NCBI RefSeq assembly: GCF_026210795.1
Contig: NC_089435.1
Location: 1,426,001 to 1,490,000 of the forward strand
DNA: 64,000 bases
Direction of reading: 5' to 3'
Origin: Rhizophagus irregularis
Taxonomy: Eukaryota
Shown here piece by piece: positions 61,968 through 64,000 of this stretch. Position numbers and translations under genes: made by a program. The notes beneath the pieces are model-generated. The model was not told the origin of the DNA. It saw only the letters and a list, made by a program, of their open reading frames with translations, and did no database searches. Numbering within the stretch: the first letter of the stretch is position 1; each line of letters starts with the position of its first letter.

Positions 61968-64000
61968 TGTGCCGGAATATAATCACGTGATAAGACTAGA
62001 GCATGTGACTGATATATCTATTATCTAATAGTTAATATATTTTACATAGTTAATATATTTTACCTCCCAATGCCGACTCCCCAATATTTCTTTTAAAGGA
62101 TCAACTATTTTCTTCCCGTCATCAACCAAAAGTGAAGCGATGGGTTTCTTGATTGCGTTAATAGTCTCTCCTTTCAACCGCAAGATTACTATCTATACCG
62201 ATTCGGCCAACTGTATAACAACTTATTACCATCGACTACACTCTCCCGTCGTTAGTCCACGACGCAAATTGAAACAAAATAATTTTTTGATATGGGATTT
62301 AATTTTTTACCTTATAGAGTCAAAGAACTTACATGTCTTCTTACAAAAGTCAAAGGACATAGTAATAATTTTTTTAACGATCAAGCTGATGAACTAGCTA
62401 ATGCGGGGACGCACGCATATCAAAGATCCTATAATTATCAACCACAAATTTTTCCACAATACGAGCTTAGATCTCTTTAAATGGAACAACAATTACGTTA
62501 TAGATCGAAACGTGAGAAAATGGAGTAACAACACGATTGACCCTTTAATTTTCTCTTTCGCCTGCTGTCAAAGAACAAATCACCAACGGCGACATTGATT
62601 GGACTTTCACTAAAGAATGGATCAATTATAACCCTTAGATTCTGTTACTGACTTTAAGTTATCAAAGATGCAAGGATCTAAACTTAAGAAATATAACTTT
62701 CTTTATCATACCGCAGGCATTCAGCAAAGAAACTACCCTAGATTGTACCCAACTAGTGCCATCCCCTGCGTGCAATGTAATAGTCACTTGGATAATAACA
62801 AACACGTCGGACTTTGTTCCGCACACAAAGACATTTGTATAGGTATACTAAAATGTCATTCGACGACTCTTTTTGATATCATTAAAGATTACGCCAAAAG
62901 TTTAACTTATGGATTATTGGAAACCATACAATCCTCCCCATTGATCAACACCTCCTTTGATTGAAGCAACACCCGCTTTACCTTTTGATACACCATTTGC
63001 TGATCTTACTATGATTTTTTACAATTATTTACCAAAGAAAACACGATTCCAGACATTCTTGACTTTTATGGATAATATAATGCCCGACATTAACTCGCTT
63101 ATTTGAAACAAGCGAAGTACATTGTTTAAAGAATGGGTGCTTTTTTAAACATTACAAAGAAGAAAAAAAATTTTATTACAAAAAACATCGTACACAAATT
63201 AGGCGTGCAACTGAGGATGCACTTTCTGCTTCGACACACACACAATATCGAGAATGACAAAGATTTACTCATAATTTCAACCCCATTGATTCCATATGGC
63301 CATATTGGTGGTTTTTACGATGCTACGGCGCATATTCGATGGACTTCAAGTAACTTCTTACATTAGGGTTCTTGGGAATCCCATAGAGATAACATTTTGT
63401 TCAATAATATAGATTTATTCTCTTTTTATAATTATCACGTTTTATTCAAGTCATATAATTAATTTTTTATAATCACTCATTTCTTTTTCTTTCCTCGGCT
63501 TGCGAGTCCCGGTAGTGCTCTTGGAGCTCTCCCATTGCTCGTTTTTATTTCCAAGGCCAAGGTATCATCGTCTCCTTCGGGTTTCGATTTGGTTGTTAGT
63601 GTTAGAATTATTTTAAACTTTTTTTTAACTGTCTGTATAGTTCGTACTATGGCTTTGTGTACTTTGCGACATAAAAAAAAACCATAGCTGATAGTTAATA
63701 TATTTTATATAGTTAATATACTTTACAATATTTATATAGTGCATATACTATGGCATATATTTAATATGTTGTAATTAGTATAGAATTTATTATAAAAAGA
63801 GTCAATGTTAAGATCATCGACGGTTAAGATATTCAATAAAGTTTGATTTTTATCCTTTTACACTCTAGTCACTCTATCCTTATTTATTAGTATAAATCCT
63901 TTATTTACGTCTGATCGTATAGGCTTATTGGGAAGCTATACTATTGTAATGGCGTAGTATACCTAGTAAATTTATTAATTGTGGGGCGCAGTATTATATT
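61968..64000 (+). mobile_element. LTR-like element (starts with TG, runs off the window) hosting a nested LINE
   Basis: Begins TGTGCCGGAATATAATCACGTG exactly where F-box homology stops; after the LINE it continues with TATAAAA (~63791), AATAAA (63835) and gggcgcagtat shared with 46690. Confidence 0.45.
62064..63681 (+). mobile_element. 5'-truncated, frameshifted non-LTR retrotransposon (RNase H + CCHC + 3' UTR + poly-A)
   Basis: SSTKSE, IYTDS and KVKGHSNNFFNDQADELA RNase H motifs; CVQCNSHLDNNKHVGLC zinc knuckle; A-tail at ~63673-63681; flanked by copies of ATAGTTAATATATTTTAC. Confidence 0.88.

Noticed and set aside
63950..63958. tRNA primer-binding site (TGGCGTAGT)
   Set aside because: Only 9 nt, not preceded by a CA LTR end, and LTR-like sequence appears to continue beyond it
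1..64000. rRNA, tRNA or prokaryotic operon features
   Set aside because: None recognisable by eye; a covariance-model scan would be needed to exclude small RNAs

Overview
Very AT-rich, intron-containing eukaryotic DNA. The gene families (tyrosine-kinase-like kinases, Sel1-repeat kinases, F-box/LRR genes) point to an arbuscular mycorrhizal fungus (Glomeromycota, most likely Rhizophagus); this is inferred from family resemblance, not from a search. I see no housekeeping, rRNA or tRNA genes. The window holds four spliced kinase genes: (1) 413-2250(-), a kinase whose last exon, missed by the ORF track, encodes an MLKL/HeLo-like helical bundle C-terminal to the kinase; (2) 5325-8348(+), 14 Sel1 repeats plus a kinase; (3) 21701-28508(-), a 14-exon, ~1950-aa gene with 12 orphan kinase N-lobes on tandem phase-0 exons, each with a hypervariable loop, in front of one complete kinase; (4) 51503-55114(-), 20 Sel1 repeats plus a kinase. 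There are also four intact and six decayed F-box/LRR-type loci. Mobile and repeat DNA includes two MITEs with clean target-site duplications, a 5'-truncated RNase H-bearing LINE nested in an LTR-like element, a transposase-like relic, a 61-bp palindromic satellite abutting a 1.5-kb foldback, a 145-nt hairpin, a C/A-skewed G-quadruplex-prone block and an array of intron-like units. Overall it reads like a fast-evolving receptor-kinase / ubiquitin-ligase island, possibly for non-self recognition (inference). All exon models were read by hand from GT-AG sites and reading-frame continuity.
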